Shown here piece by piece: positions 1 to 13,436 of a stretch of 41,181 bases of DNA. The position numbers and the translations under genes were made by a program. The stretch is from Octopus sinensis (Eukaryota), in assembly GCF_006345805.1 (NCBI RefSeq), contig NW_021835272.1, positions 1-41,181 of the forward strand. Direction: 5' to 3'. The notes beneath the pieces are model-generated. The model saw only the letters and a list, made by a program, of their open reading frames with translations. It was not told the DNA's origin and did not search any database. Position 1 is the first letter of the stretch. Every line of letters starts with the position of its first letter.

Positions 1-237
1 TGCGCGTGTGTATACATACTTGTATATATATGAAATTCAGGCAGTAAAAATATAAAATCAAAAAATATCAATTAATCAGACAATAATGATAAAATTTCTT
101 TCCACTTTTTTCTTTTCTTTTTTTTTTTTTCATATTATATACATACATACATACATACTTGTATATACGCACATGCATATATGCATGTATGTATGTATGT
201 ATGTATGTGTATGTATGATCACGTTTCCAGGTTGAAA

Positions 238-350
238 TCTCTCTCTCTCTCTTTCTCTTTCTGTCTGACTGACTGTCTGTCTGTCTCTGTCTCTCTCTCT
301 CTCTCCTCTCTCTCTCTCTTTCTGTCTGACTGTCTGTCTGTCTGTCTCTG

Positions 351-382
<32 letters not shown>

Positions 383-391
383 CCTCTCTCT
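238..391. repeat. (CT)n/(CTGT)n microsatellite
   Basis: Simple repeat visible directly. Confidence 0.95.
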
Positions 392-524
392 TCGGTTTTT
401 ACGCTTCATTTGGAACCAAAACCAAAACAGTATTATATGTTACCAAAGCAGTAACATATATAACCTATTTTTATTTTATCTATTTATTTACTTTATTTAT
501 TTATTTATTTATTACCTTGCTTAT

Positions 525-750
525 ATGTGGGAGCCACTACACGATCGCTCGACCTGCTAGAAATAGCAGCAAAATCTCCGCGACTCCATATGAAAAAAAA
601 AAGAAAAAAAGGGGGACACTTTGGATAAGGCAGTACTAATTAAACCAGACACCATGCCTATATATAAAACTGGATAGTCATGCCTAGAACGCTGTTGATA
701 TTAATAATCGGGTTTACTCTACACAATCTGAGATGAAGAGCCACAGCAAC
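525..750 (+). mobile_element. SINE-like family D, degenerate copy
   Basis: Carries gctagaaatagcagc...ggacactttggataag; related sequence at 15480-15935(-), 17210-17345(-) and 31240-31390(+). Confidence 0.6.
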
Positions 751-1135
751 GATGCGATCGTTTTCTAAGAACTAGAAATATCAGATTCTCTTTCGGCGTG
801 ACAACTCTTTTATTTTTATAATTACTCACGCATCATTCATCCACAACCACTGCCAAGAGACAAACAACAACAGCAACAGCAACAATAATAATAATAATAA
901 TAATAATAATAACGACGATAAAAAGAAAATGTCATAACGTATGACTTTCACATTTAACAGAAAAATGCAACTCATTGAAAAAAGAAAAAGAAAAAGAAAA
1001 AACGAAAAAGACAACTGTTGTTTAGCTTTAATGCTTTTGCGTATATTTCATAACGACATCCTGTATTTTCGATTAAGACACGTCTCAGACAGACGTTATA
1101 TATTGTTGTTGTTGTTGGTAAGAGATGAATAAGAA

Positions 1136-1198
1136 TATATATATGTATGTTATATTACATAAATATATATATATATATATATATGTATATAATATGTG

Positions 1199-1232
<34 letters not shown>

Positions 1233-1239
1233 ATGTATG

Positions 1240-1317
<78 letters not shown>

Positions 1318-1322
1318 TATGT

Positions 1323-1360
<38 letters not shown>

Positions 1361-1525
1361 TATAGTATATATATGTATATATATATAGATATGTATATAT
1401 ATGTATATATATATACATATATATAATATATATGTATATATAGATTATATGTAGATATATATATCTGTATATATATGTATACATACATATGTATGTATGT
1501 ATGTATATGTATATATATTTGTATA
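1136..1525. repeat. (TA)n/(TATG)n microsatellite block
   Basis: Simple repeat; explains the overlapping Y/I-rich ORFs. Confidence 0.95.
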
Positions 1526-1653
1526 TGATTGTCAATATGCTTCAACGTCGTTTAAAGTAGAATTGGTGTGATCAGAAACTGACAGCTGATAGAATAAATG
1601 TCCCGCAGCATACCATATTTATTGCGTGTATGAGTGTGTTTTTTATGTGTCTG

Positions 1654-1685
<32 letters not shown>

Positions 1686-1707
1686 TATTATTATATATAT
1701 ATATAAT

Positions 1708-1738
<31 letters not shown>

Positions 1739-2223
1739 AACGGGTAGAGAATCACGGAAGATGGACGTTTCTCTTGGATTTCAATAAATATTAATTATTC
1801 GAACAAATAATAATAATAATAATGATATTAAAAAAAAAAACGCGATATAGGAATGAATAGCAATATTAAATGCAAATAAATTAAATGTAGCATATCAGTA
1901 TTTATTTAAGATCATATTTGATTTTTAATGATTACATAATAATAACATCATTGTTAGTATCATCAATGTTATTATTATTATTATTATTATAAGTTTTTCT
2001 GCAACAGCGATAATTAATACTGCGAGACCTGTAAAGGCGGCACGGTTGCAAACACAACACACTTCATTTTTGACATATACGCACATATGGAAAATTAACA
2101 TATATTTATTTATAATATATTTATATATAAATTATTTCATTTTATTTTATTCTATTTAATTTTATTTTCGGAGCACACGTTATTTTCTTATTATCTCTCC
2201 AGCTACATACACACACACATATA

Positions 2224-2254
<31 letters not shown>

Positions 2255-2451
2255 TTCTGTTTGTTCAAATCGACTGTGCTGTACTCCTCCCTGAGTTCGA
2301 TTACTGCGGCGTTGCTAATATATTCGATCGCTTGGTTTGTGGTGCGCTTTCATACAAACGTAACAGTTTTCTCTTCCCTTCTCTCTCTCTCTCTCACTCA
2401 GTCGCTCTCTCTCTCTCTCTCTCTCTCTCGTTCCCTTTCTCTGTATCTTTG

Positions 2452-2482
<31 letters not shown>

Positions 2483-2900
2483 CTCTCTCTCTTCTCTCTC
2501 TCTCTCTTACTCATTCTACTTCTCTCGATCCCTCTTCTCTCAATCCGTCACACTATCTCTTTCAAACCCCCACCTCTATCGCTTTGTCGGCCGGTCGGTC
2601 AGTGTGAAAAACTTAGACGTTGCTTGCGTACGCATACCAAGATCGTAAGTAGAGGTATAACTCGCATCCTAACACCAGCGACATCTCTCGCATCGTCCTG
2701 CGAGATCGTTCTCCTTTGTTCCAATGTCGGGACGATATTTTGGACACCTGTTTCCTCGCCGATTCTAACTCTCACATCAACAAATGCAGCGAATGGATGG
2801 ATTCATTTCGAGACACTTTACGAAATAGCAGTTTTCGGAGCAACCGCGCATGCACTTACTGATCCTCATGCGTATATATATATACATGCGCGCGTGAGTT
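2255..2900 (+). promoter_or_regulatory. Possible promoter / non-coding first exon (CpG-rich unique sequence around a CT tract)
   Basis: CpG visibly enriched versus the window; (CT)n tract at ~2370-2540; Inr-like TCAGT at ~2599; donor-like GTAAGT at 2645 and GTGAGT at 2894. No transcript evidence. Confidence 0.25.
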
Positions 2901-2942
2901 TATGCGTATACACGTAGACATGCAAACACACACACACGTATG

Positions 2943-2995
<53 letters not shown>

Positions 2996-3134
2996 ATATA
3001 TTATATTATATATATATAATATATATATAGATAGATAGATAGATAGATAGAGATATATGTATATATACATATGTATTTATATATATACATGCTTATACAC
3101 ACAGACACCCATATATACATACACTCACATATAT

Positions 3135-3178
<44 letters not shown>

Positions 3179-3312
3179 TATATATGTATGTATTTACATA
3201 TGTATACGTATGCATTCGTACATATATACACACACATATGTATACATATATATATCCAGTATATATATTTGTGTATGTGTTTAAATTCATCTATCTATCT
3301 ATCTATCTACTA

Positions 3313-3347
<35 letters not shown>

Positions 3348-3383
3348 TCAGAAATCACACACACCCACATACACTTACACACC

Positions 3384-3450
<67 letters not shown>

Positions 3451-3494
3451 TATCCGAATCCGGTTTATGTATGAGTGTGTGTGCGTATATATAT

Positions 3495-3745
3495 GCATTC
3501 GGCTCAGGATCTTAAGGTCGGGAGTTCGATTCCCCACGGCGCGTTTTGTCCTTGAGCAAAGCACTATTTCTCGTTGCTGCAGTCCACTCAACTGGCAGGA
3601 ATGAGTTACTCCTGTAAGGGGCTAGACTTGTTACATTTTGTATTACGCCGAATCTCCCCGAGAACTATGTTAAAGATGCGCGTGTCAGCGGAGTACTCAG
3701 CCACTTGCACTTTCATCCACTGGAACACTGATCGTCGTAACCGAC
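3495..3745 (+). mobile_element. tRNA-derived SINE family C, tail type C1
   Basis: B-box gagttcgattcc, core gtccttgagcaaagcact, tail ending cgtcgtaaccga; homologous to 12337-12655 and 32570-32880. Confidence 0.85.
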
Positions 3746-3857
3746 ATAGAGACTGGCCATGCGTGCATGTATGTGACATAATTTTTAACGATGGAACTCG
3801 GAGTACATGGAGTAATAAAAAAATAGTGTGTATGTGTGGGTGTGTACAAGCATATAT

Positions 3858-3923
<66 letters not shown>

Positions 3924-4065
3924 ACATGCATACATACATACATACATATATATATATACAGAGAGAGAGAGAGAAAGATAGATAGATAGATACATTCTTG
4001 TATATGTGTGTGTATATTTATATATGTATATATATATATATACGTATATATATATACATATATAT

Positions 4066-4100
<35 letters not shown>

Positions 4101-4281
4101 TATATACATATATATGTGTACACACACACATATATATATATATATATTGTCTCTGTAAACAATAACTCTCTACTTGAGTGGGCCATAGTGCCCAAATTCT
4201 GACTTGAAAGACTTCACCAGGTGGTGCTATTAAGTTAGACATGGCCTGGGCCAATAATGGCCGAAACCTATCAAAGTATAT

Positions 4282-4314
<33 letters not shown>

Positions 4315-4802
4315 CAGAGAGAGAGAGAGAAAGATCGATTGATAGGTAGATAGATACGTACGTATGTATGTATGTATGTATATATAAATGCATTTATATA
4401 TGTATATGTATTTATGTATATGAGTGAGTGTACCGAAAATTCATCAGTACTTTCCACCTTATTCGTTAGAAAATGTCTTATTGCTTTCTCCTGTGTGAAT
4501 ATTGAATTTGCTGTGAAATTAAAATTTGGTTTCTTAAGATTATCTCCCCCTTTAAAAAAAAATGTGCGCCTAGGTTTTATTTTTTCATCTTCGATTAAGT
4601 TCCAAAATTCATTCTTTAGCAGTATTGTAATGCAAACCAGCCAGTAACCAACCATCTACCTAAAATACAAACATGTATGTGTGTTTGTCAGTATGTATGC
4701 GTGTATATGTGTGTGTGTATGCAATATGAAAGCAGTGAACACGAAAATGAAGAAACAAGTTTTTAAGAAATGTTGTTTGGGTTTAATGTTTTAAAGGAAT
4801 GG

Positions 4803-4838
4803 TACGTCAATACGTTTCGGACACAAGTCCTTCATCAG
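4803..4838 (-). ncRNA. Hammerhead ribozyme core (Penelope pLTR-type), stem I degenerate
   Basis: Minus strand reads CTGATGA-A-GGAC-ttgt-GTCC-GAA-ACGT-attg-ACGT-A. Confidence 0.6.
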
Positions 4839-5849
4839 AAAAAAATACTAAAAGAGAATTAAAGGAGGCGTGTGATAGAATAAAAGTGGTTTGAGGAAAA
4901 CAAACAGGTGAAGGCCGAGGAAAAGGTGAAAATGCAGACATATGGGAGAAATTTAAGGAAGAAAGAAACAAAGCGGATGTGTGTGAGGGTACAGGTGTGT
5001 ATTAGTGTATCAAAATAGGCATAACCAATGGGGGAGTGTGTGTATGTTTTATTTTTTGTGTGCATGTGTGTAGAGGTTTGCAAATGTAGGAGTGTAGTGT
5101 CTATGCATGTATGTGTGTATGTATGCATGTGTGTGTATGTATATGTGTATGTATGTTGCATATGTATGTATATACGTATGTAATCTAGTACAGCTAGTCG
5201 TTATTTGCAATGAGGTATAAGATGCACCATGATTTCACTAATTATTTGATACTGGCTGGTCCTGTGCCGTCAAAAATTACGGTTAATTGTAGCATCTTAT
5301 ATATAAATATGGATGGTAAATCAAATTAATACAGTTGTCAATGTTATCTAGTGGCTGTCTTTTGCAATGTGACATCGATCATCGTTTGTTACTGAAAGAA
5401 CGCTGGTTCACACATACAAACATTCACATACTTCCCTTGTACACGCACAAACATACACACATCAGCGCACAGAGTTGAAACGCTGTTTGATTTTTCTTTT
5501 CAGTGTTGAATGTTCACCATCCCACTTCTATTGCACACACACACACACACACACATACACACACACACACATTCACACACCTCCCTTTTACATACACATA
5601 CGTATACTCACACAGAGTTGAAACGTTCCCACTACCAGTTTGCCATCACCCCTTCCTTTCTTATTCACCTATCATCCCTTCCTTTCTCATTCACATGTTG
5701 TGACGGAGAAAATCACAAGAGTAGATTGTAGTCACGGGCAAACACGGACACTCTCTCACCCCTCACTATACACACACACTTTACTCAGTGGCACATCTTG
5801 TATGTATCAATTGGAGAAAGATAGCTACAACGACACCTGACTGGCTGCG

Positions 5850-5987
5850 TCTCATTTGCAGCTGAATTAACTGAAGCAACGGGAAAGGAAATACCTTGCT
5901 CAAGAACACAGCACACTGCCTAGTCCAAGTATCGAACCCGCAGCCTTATATCATAAGCTCAACACCTTGACCACTAGACCCCGCACT
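5850..5987 (-). mobile_element. SINE family C, degenerate 5' part
   Basis: ccttgctcaagaacaca...atcgaaccc...accactagacc is the reverse complement of the family C head and core. Confidence 0.7.
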
Positions 5988-6355
5988 GAGTGAGAGAGAG
6001 AGAGAGGGAGATTATTAAATCTGAATATTTTTCTCGTGATATGAGTTTCATGCCATCACGATCTTCGAGCCAGTACTGCTAACACTGATGTAATATTTAT
6101 ATTTGTTGGTTTGGTTGTGGTCTTTTGCTTATACCTGTTCGTTGATCTGCTATTTGTGTTTACTGATCGGCTGTTATTTTTCAGGTCTCATCACTGGTTA
6201 TTTTTATTGTGATATATATCTCTCTTACCGCACCACAAAAGCAATCGCATTAACTGTTAGAAAAATACAGCGAGTTGATTACGTTTCGGACCTAGTTCTT
6301 CATTAATGTATAATACAGGATAATACAGGCATTTAAGTGACAGTGGAAGGGGAGG

Positions 6356-6578
6356 ATACCTATTTCTTTACTACCCACAAGGGGCTAAACACAGAGAGGA
6401 CGAACAAGGACAGACAAACGGATTAAGTCGATCATATCGACCCCAGTGCGTAACTGGTACTTATTTAATCGACCCCGAAGGATGAAAGGCAAAGTCGACC
6501 TCGGCGGAATTTGAACTCAGAACGTAACGGCAGACGAAATACCGCTAAGCATTTCGCCCGGCGCGCTAACGTTTCTAC
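6356..6578 (-). mobile_element. SINE family A
   Basis: Reverse complement closely matches the copies at 11921, 16522 and 27041. Confidence 0.92.
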
Positions 6579-6599
6579 CGTGCATCCATGACTGCAAAC

Positions 6600-7650
6600 G
6601 CTGTCAAGTACTTTGGAAGAGCTACTCTAATGGATTTTGCGCTACTTTTTGTTTCTTTCCTTCAAGTTATTTCATCCATTTTGATTCTATAATTTTTACG
6701 CCTTTCGTCATTGCTTTCCTCTTTTACGCTTTTCGTCATTGCTTTCCTCTTTTATGTCTTTCGTCATTGCTACTTGAATGGATTTTGCGCTACTTTTTGT
6801 TTCTTTACTTCAAGTTATTTTATCCATTTTGATTTTACAACTTTTATGCCTTCCGTCATTTCTTCCCTTTTTTGGCCGTAACTTCCCTTTACAGTCGTAA
6901 TCAAGCTATCCTCTTAATTGAGATATAACTTAATTACGTTTTTATGGCGAAATTTTGGGGCACATCTTCGACAGCTTCTGCTCTTCAGTTTGCTACTGAA
7001 CAAGGCCTTGGGTATCCTTGTGTTCCCCGAGTGATTCACATATCTCACCCAGCAAAACTGCCATTGTAATAGAACAGACTAAAGACTAGGTAAATCTGTA
7101 CACTGCATGTTGGAGATGTGGTTTTGCCAAGAGATATTCATTTTACTTGGTAAATGACGTAACTGGCAGTTCATCAACTTTTTGATGTGTAAGATTACAA
7201 CGCGTGGGTCTCCACCGAGTACAACAGACAGAAATGATAGCTCTGCAGTTAGGTACACTTTACACACTGGGAATAGTTTTATATTTCGCTGTTTCTGCAA
7301 AAATCCGTTCAACTTCCCGAATATGACCGCAGCAGACTGCATGCAGCGAGCCCAGATTGTTACCACTAGAAATCATAGTGCTCAAATACGTGAAAATCTT
7401 TCCAACACTTAAAGATAGATTTACAATCAAGGTGATACGAAATTTACGTCCAGCTCTCCATGGTCAGGATGAATCATGACTTTTAACGTTACTCACTCGG
7501 CCGGAGGCTGTCACTACACATTTACAACAATGTATAGTTCTCTGAATATCCATCAGGGAATGAACTTCTAGAACTGAGCCATCACTAAAGAGAAAGTTGC
7601 ATATGCATATATCGCAATACTTCTTAGTGGATCCTGGCCATCCCACTCTT
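6600..7650 (-). mobile_element. RTE-clade LINE, decayed reverse-transcriptase fragment
   Basis: Minus frames give NFLFSDGSVLEVHS (degenerate FADD motif), KIFTYLSTMISS, AAVIFGKL..NIKL..CKVY, NISWQNHISN and NTRIPKALFSSKL..APKFRHKN, all typical of the RTE/BovB RT C-terminal half; frameshifted. Confidence 0.75.
6630..6870. repeat. 148-bp-period tandem duplication containing three 27-bp sub-repeats
   Basis: atggattttgcgctactttttgtttc at 6630 and 6778; ttttacgcctttcgtcattgctttcctc-like unit repeated. Confidence 0.85.
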
Positions 7651-7671
7651 ATATATATATATATATATATG

Positions 7672-7723
<52 letters not shown>

Positions 7724-7741
7724 TAATAATAATAATAATAT

Positions 7742-8004
7742 TAGGGAGTATAGTTCCAAACTTACAGGGAAAAATTCAATTTAGTATTAAATCAAATTTA
7801 ACAGTATAAATATATAAAATATGAATTAGAGAAAAAGCACTATTATGCAACTCAAACAGTGATAGACATAAACCAATACATAATTAACAAATAATATAAC
7901 TATAATTGATATATATATATATATATCTTATTTTTTAATAATTTTTTATTTATTTATTTATTTAATAAAATAAATAAATAAAAAATAAGTAAAAATGATA
8001 AAAG

Positions 8005-8048
<44 letters not shown>

Positions 8049-8137
8049 TTATAGTTATATCATTTGTTAATTATGTATTGGTTTATGTTTATCACTGATT
8101 GAGTTGCATAATAGTGGTTTTATCTCTAATTCATATT
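7742..8137. mobile_element. Non-coding repeat with fold-back arms (probable Penelope pLTR fragment)
   Basis: 7818-7907 is an inverted match to 8047-8137; 7742-7876 recurs inverted at 22372-22505; embedded in (TA)n/(TAA)n. Confidence 0.55.
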
Positions 8138-8139
8138 AT

Positions 8140-8177
<38 letters not shown>

Positions 8178-9273
8178 GAGAATAGACGGTACTTTTTCTC
8201 CTTCACCTTCCAGCGACGGAGGCGCAACCACTGCTCTCGATTTAAAGAGGTTTGTGTAGAAGGATTTGCAGACTTCTTTCACAACTCTTCTGTTGGTCAC
8301 TGCATTGCCGTCCTGGTTCTTCATCTCCCTTTCGCATTTCTTGAGTCTCTTCTGTTCATGTGCGGTCTTCGGGAGCTTCTCTTCTCTTTTCTGTACCTCT
8401 AGAAGTCATTCTCAAAGCATCGTTTTATTGTCTTGCAGAGAACAGAATATTCTGCTAGATGTTCTCCATCTCTATGCGTGTTTCTCCGCTTTTCCATTAG
8501 CTTCTTTGTCTGCTCTGAGATCCTTCTTGTATCCTTCGGAGCCTCGACTTTTATATTCCTCAAGTTTTTATTCATCTTCTGGGTCAGTTTCTCATAGTCG
8601 TCATCTGTTTCCTCAAGCAGATCTCAGGATTCTTTCCCGATGGCATCTCTCAGCTGTTCTGCCTTCACAACTTTCACACATTGTTCCCTCGACGCTAACT
8701 GCGACACTCTTTTCTGCCTTCTCTCATCCAACACAATCTTCGCTTGCACAAGGCGGTGGTCACTCCTGTATTGAACGGCGCAACTACAAAGACGTCTTGT
8801 AGAATACGCCTTTTTTCGATCAGGGTGTAGTCGATCTCGTTTCGGTACCTTGCGTTTGGGGCGATCCAGATCCATCTGTTCCTGGCCCTTTTTTGGAACA
8901 GGTTGTTGCTGATATACAACCCTTTCGACTCTGCCATGGTGACTAAACGTTCTCCGCTCTGATTTCTCTCGCTGAGTCCTAATTTTCCCACATACTCCCC
9001 TCCTTGTCCTTTTCCAACTTTGGCGTCGAAATATCCAATCGCGAAAGTGTATGTGGATCTGGTCGCTAGAGCACACTCTAGGTCAAGAGAGAATTCTTCT
9101 ACTTCATTGTCGTCGCTAGCATTAGTGGAAGCGTATGTCTGGACGATTTTCAAGGTTGATTTCTTCAAGATTTGAATGTCCAGCGCACCTATTCGTGTAG
9201 ATAACCTTCTCAGCCCATTCCTTTCTGATCACAAAACATATGCCACCGATTGCTCTAGGACCTTCTGCAAACC
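8178..9273 (-). mobile_element. RTE-clade LINE, AP-endonuclease domain and linker (frameshifted)
   Basis: [62 protein letters not shown] and SDHRLVQAKI are APE motifs; flanked by (TA)n on both sides. Confidence 0.9.
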
Positions 9274-9294
9274 TATATATATATATATATATAG

Positions 9295-9369
<75 letters not shown>

Positions 9370-9439
9370 TATATATACATATATATATATACATACATAC
9401 ATACATACATACATACATACATACTACATACATACATAT

Positions 9440-10960
<1,521 letters not shown>

Positions 10961-11054
10961 TGGTAGGCTGCTTGGGAGAGGCGAGGGAGTGCAGTCCGTT
11001 CTGGGCCACACTTTTATTGGGACGGTACTCTGTTGTATAACCCTGTATAAGTGA

Positions 11055-11315
11055 AGGTAAGGTAAAATTCCTTCTCGACTTATACTGACTCATAAGGGCC
11101 GGTTTCCCAGTTTCATGGCATATATATTCCCCACCTGGATGGGATGCCAGTCTGTCAAAGGATTACTCATTTTTGCCAGTTGAATGGACTGGAGCAACAT
11201 GAAATAAGTAAAGTGTTTTGCTCAAGAACACAATGCATCACCTGGTCCGGGAATCGAAACCACAATCTTAAGAACATGAGTCCAACACCCTAACCACTAA
11301 GCCATGCACCTTCCA
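11055..11315 (-). mobile_element. SINE family C, tail type C2
   Basis: Family C head and core followed by a different 3' tail ending in (ttacc)n. Confidence 0.85.
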
Positions 11316-11565
11316 CTATAAGCTTGTGTCAGCTGCATTGGCCCGGATGAGGTGGCAAACTCAAAAGCTACCCAAGCAACACATACTGACCCTACGCCAC
11401 TGGGTATAAGCCGAACGGATCGTTTCAGCCGCGGATTACACTTGCTATAAAACTCATCTTTTGGGAGGCCCGAAGACGTTTGCCATGGCCACATCATATT
11501 TAGTACGTAGTTTGAGCAGAAGATGTCGAAATTTTCTTTACCAAAGTGATACAACTAAAATACGT

Positions 11566-11800
11566 GGAAGCATGTGGTTTAGTGGTTCGGATGTTGGACT
11601 CATAATCATAAGATTGTGGTTTCAATTCCTAGATCGGGCGACGCGTTGTGTTCTTGAGCAAAACACTGCACTTCACAATGATCCAATCGACTCAGCTGGC
11701 AAAAATGTGTAATCCCGCGACGGACCGGCGTCCGCCCACTAGGGAATATATGCACCACAGAAACCAGAAAACAGACTCGGGAAGGACCTTTATCCTTCGT
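11566..11800 (+). mobile_element. SINE family C, tail type C2
   Basis: A-box tggtttagtgg, core tgtgttcttgagcaaaacact; tail homologous to 11055-11315. Confidence 0.8.
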
Positions 11801-11920
11801 CCTTTTATCCCAACTAAAATCCTCATTCTTGCATCAAAATCGCTCAAGCCAAGCAACCCATCGCTTATTGACACTGTACGAGTATCAACGCAGTGGGTCG
11901 TAGAAATTCTTCATTCTTTA

Positions 11921-12154
11921 GGGCGGCGAGCTGGCAGAGACGTTAGCACGCCGGGGGCGAAACGCCTAGCTGTATTTCGTCTGCCGTTACGTTCTGAGTT
12001 CAAATTCCGCCGAGGTCGACTTTGCCTTTCATCCTTTCAGAGTCGATAAATTAAGTACCAGTTACACATTGGGGTCGATGTAATCGACTTAATCCGTTTG
12101 TCTGTCCTTGTTTGTCCCCTCTGTGTGTAGCCCCTTGTGGGTAATAAAGAAATA
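11921..12154 (+). mobile_element. SINE family A, full length with TSD
   Basis: Target-site duplication agaaattcttca at 11902 and 12155; B-box-like gagttcaaattc. Confidence 0.93.
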
Positions 12155-12336
12155 AGAAATTCTTCAATCTTATTTTGCTCGTTTGTCATAGAAATACGTT
12201 AACCACTGAATTCAGTTATTGTTGGATTGCCATCCACACATTTCACGTTCGTTAGTCTCTCAGGGTATAGCAGCAAGGAATGACACCAGGTTGATGATAA
12301 CAAGTTCGTATTGCAATGGATAAAAAAAAAAAAAAG

Positions 12337-12655
12337 ACTCCGCCGGTTACGACGACGAGGGTCCCAGTTGGTACGATCAACGGAACAGCTTGCTCGTGAA
12401 ATTAACGTGCAAAAGGCTGAGCATTCCACAGACACGTGTACCCTTAACGTAGTTCTCGGGGATAATAAGCGTGACACTGAGAGTGACAAGGCTGACCCTT
12501 TGAAATACAAGTACAACTCATTTTTGCCAGCTGAGTGGACTGGAGCAACGTGAAATAAAGTGTCTTGCTCAGGGACACAACGCGTCGCCGGGAATCGAAC
12601 TCACAACCTTACGATCGTGAGCCGAATGCCCTAACCACTAAGCCACGCGCCCTCA
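12337..12655 (-). mobile_element. SINE family C1, full length with intact pol III boxes
   Basis: Minus strand: tggcttagtgg (A box), gagttcgattcc (B box), core and tail; probable TSD attgcaatggataaa at 12310 and 12657. Confidence 0.92.
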
Positions 12656-13129
12656 CATTGCAATGGATAAACTTACAGTAGCTTCATTTCGAATTGCGCT
12701 CTCATTTCCTGACAAGAAGAAGCTGCATAAGTTCTCTTCTCGTAAATCTAAATTAAATACGAATACATACCAACGTGTGTGTGTGTGTGCATGCGTGGGC
12801 GTGTGTATATGGGAGAGCATGTAAGTGCGTACGTGCGTAGGAAACAACTCGTTTTTGAAGGTACGTCAATAGCATGTTTCTAAAATTTAGTCAAGGTGAA
12901 TAGTAAATATGACATGAAACAGTACCTGACAGAACCAAGTAATCAAGAAAATATTTAAACACATCACATATGAACTTCAGCATCACATTTCAAAGCCAAG
13001 TATTTGTCAATAGAAACTCAGTTGTTGTCTGATACAATTAAAACAGTACAAGAAACCCATAAACCTGATGAACATAGATTGTTTTTAGACGATTTACTGT
13101 ACGTTATTCATATGAATATACAGCGGGGG

Positions 13130-13356
13130 AGTGGTATTTGCGGATATATTAAGTTATTTAATAAAACACCTCGTTTTGGGATTTGGTTTGCAAGATTCTT
13201 TATGTGAGTTCGTGTGTTGAAGCATATTCTGTTGTGTCTGGGGAGAGTCATTTTCTTTTTGTGCCTTATATTAACACACAAACCAGTAAAATTACCACTT
13301 ATTTCTTATTTTTATTTTCCTAAATTTTCGTTGCGTCTTGCAACTTTTTCAATAGT
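13130..13356. mobile_element. Probable Penelope pLTR fragment with degenerate hammerhead on the minus strand
   Basis: 13320-13355 minus reads CTA-TTGAAAA-A-GTTGC-aagac-GCAAC-GAAAATT-TAG. Confidence 0.4.
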
Positions 13357-13436
13357 TTTGACTTTTATTTAGCAAAGCCAAATGTATTTTAATAAAAATT
13401 TGTGTTCATATTCTCTCAAGCTTTTTTATGAGATTA

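Noticed and set aside
830-849. Possible 20-nt minus-strand microexon (ggCAG|...|GTGAGT)
   Set aside because: Not a multiple of 3, the acceptor tract is a microsatellite edge, and there is no supporting context; likely chance.
68-4287. Many Y/I/C/V-, SL- or RE-rich ORFs
   Set aside because: They are translations of (TA)n, (CA)n and (CT)n microsatellites, open in several frames on both strands.
7464-7646. 60-aa Cys-rich ORF present twice (also 22630-22812) as a small gene family
   Set aside because: It is the decayed FADD region of an RTE reverse transcriptase, has a GTG start, and the duplication extends beyond the ORF.
12580-12655. tRNA gene (also 32570-32640)
   Set aside because: A and B boxes run straight into SINE core and tail, with no acceptor-stem closure or terminator; these are SINE heads.
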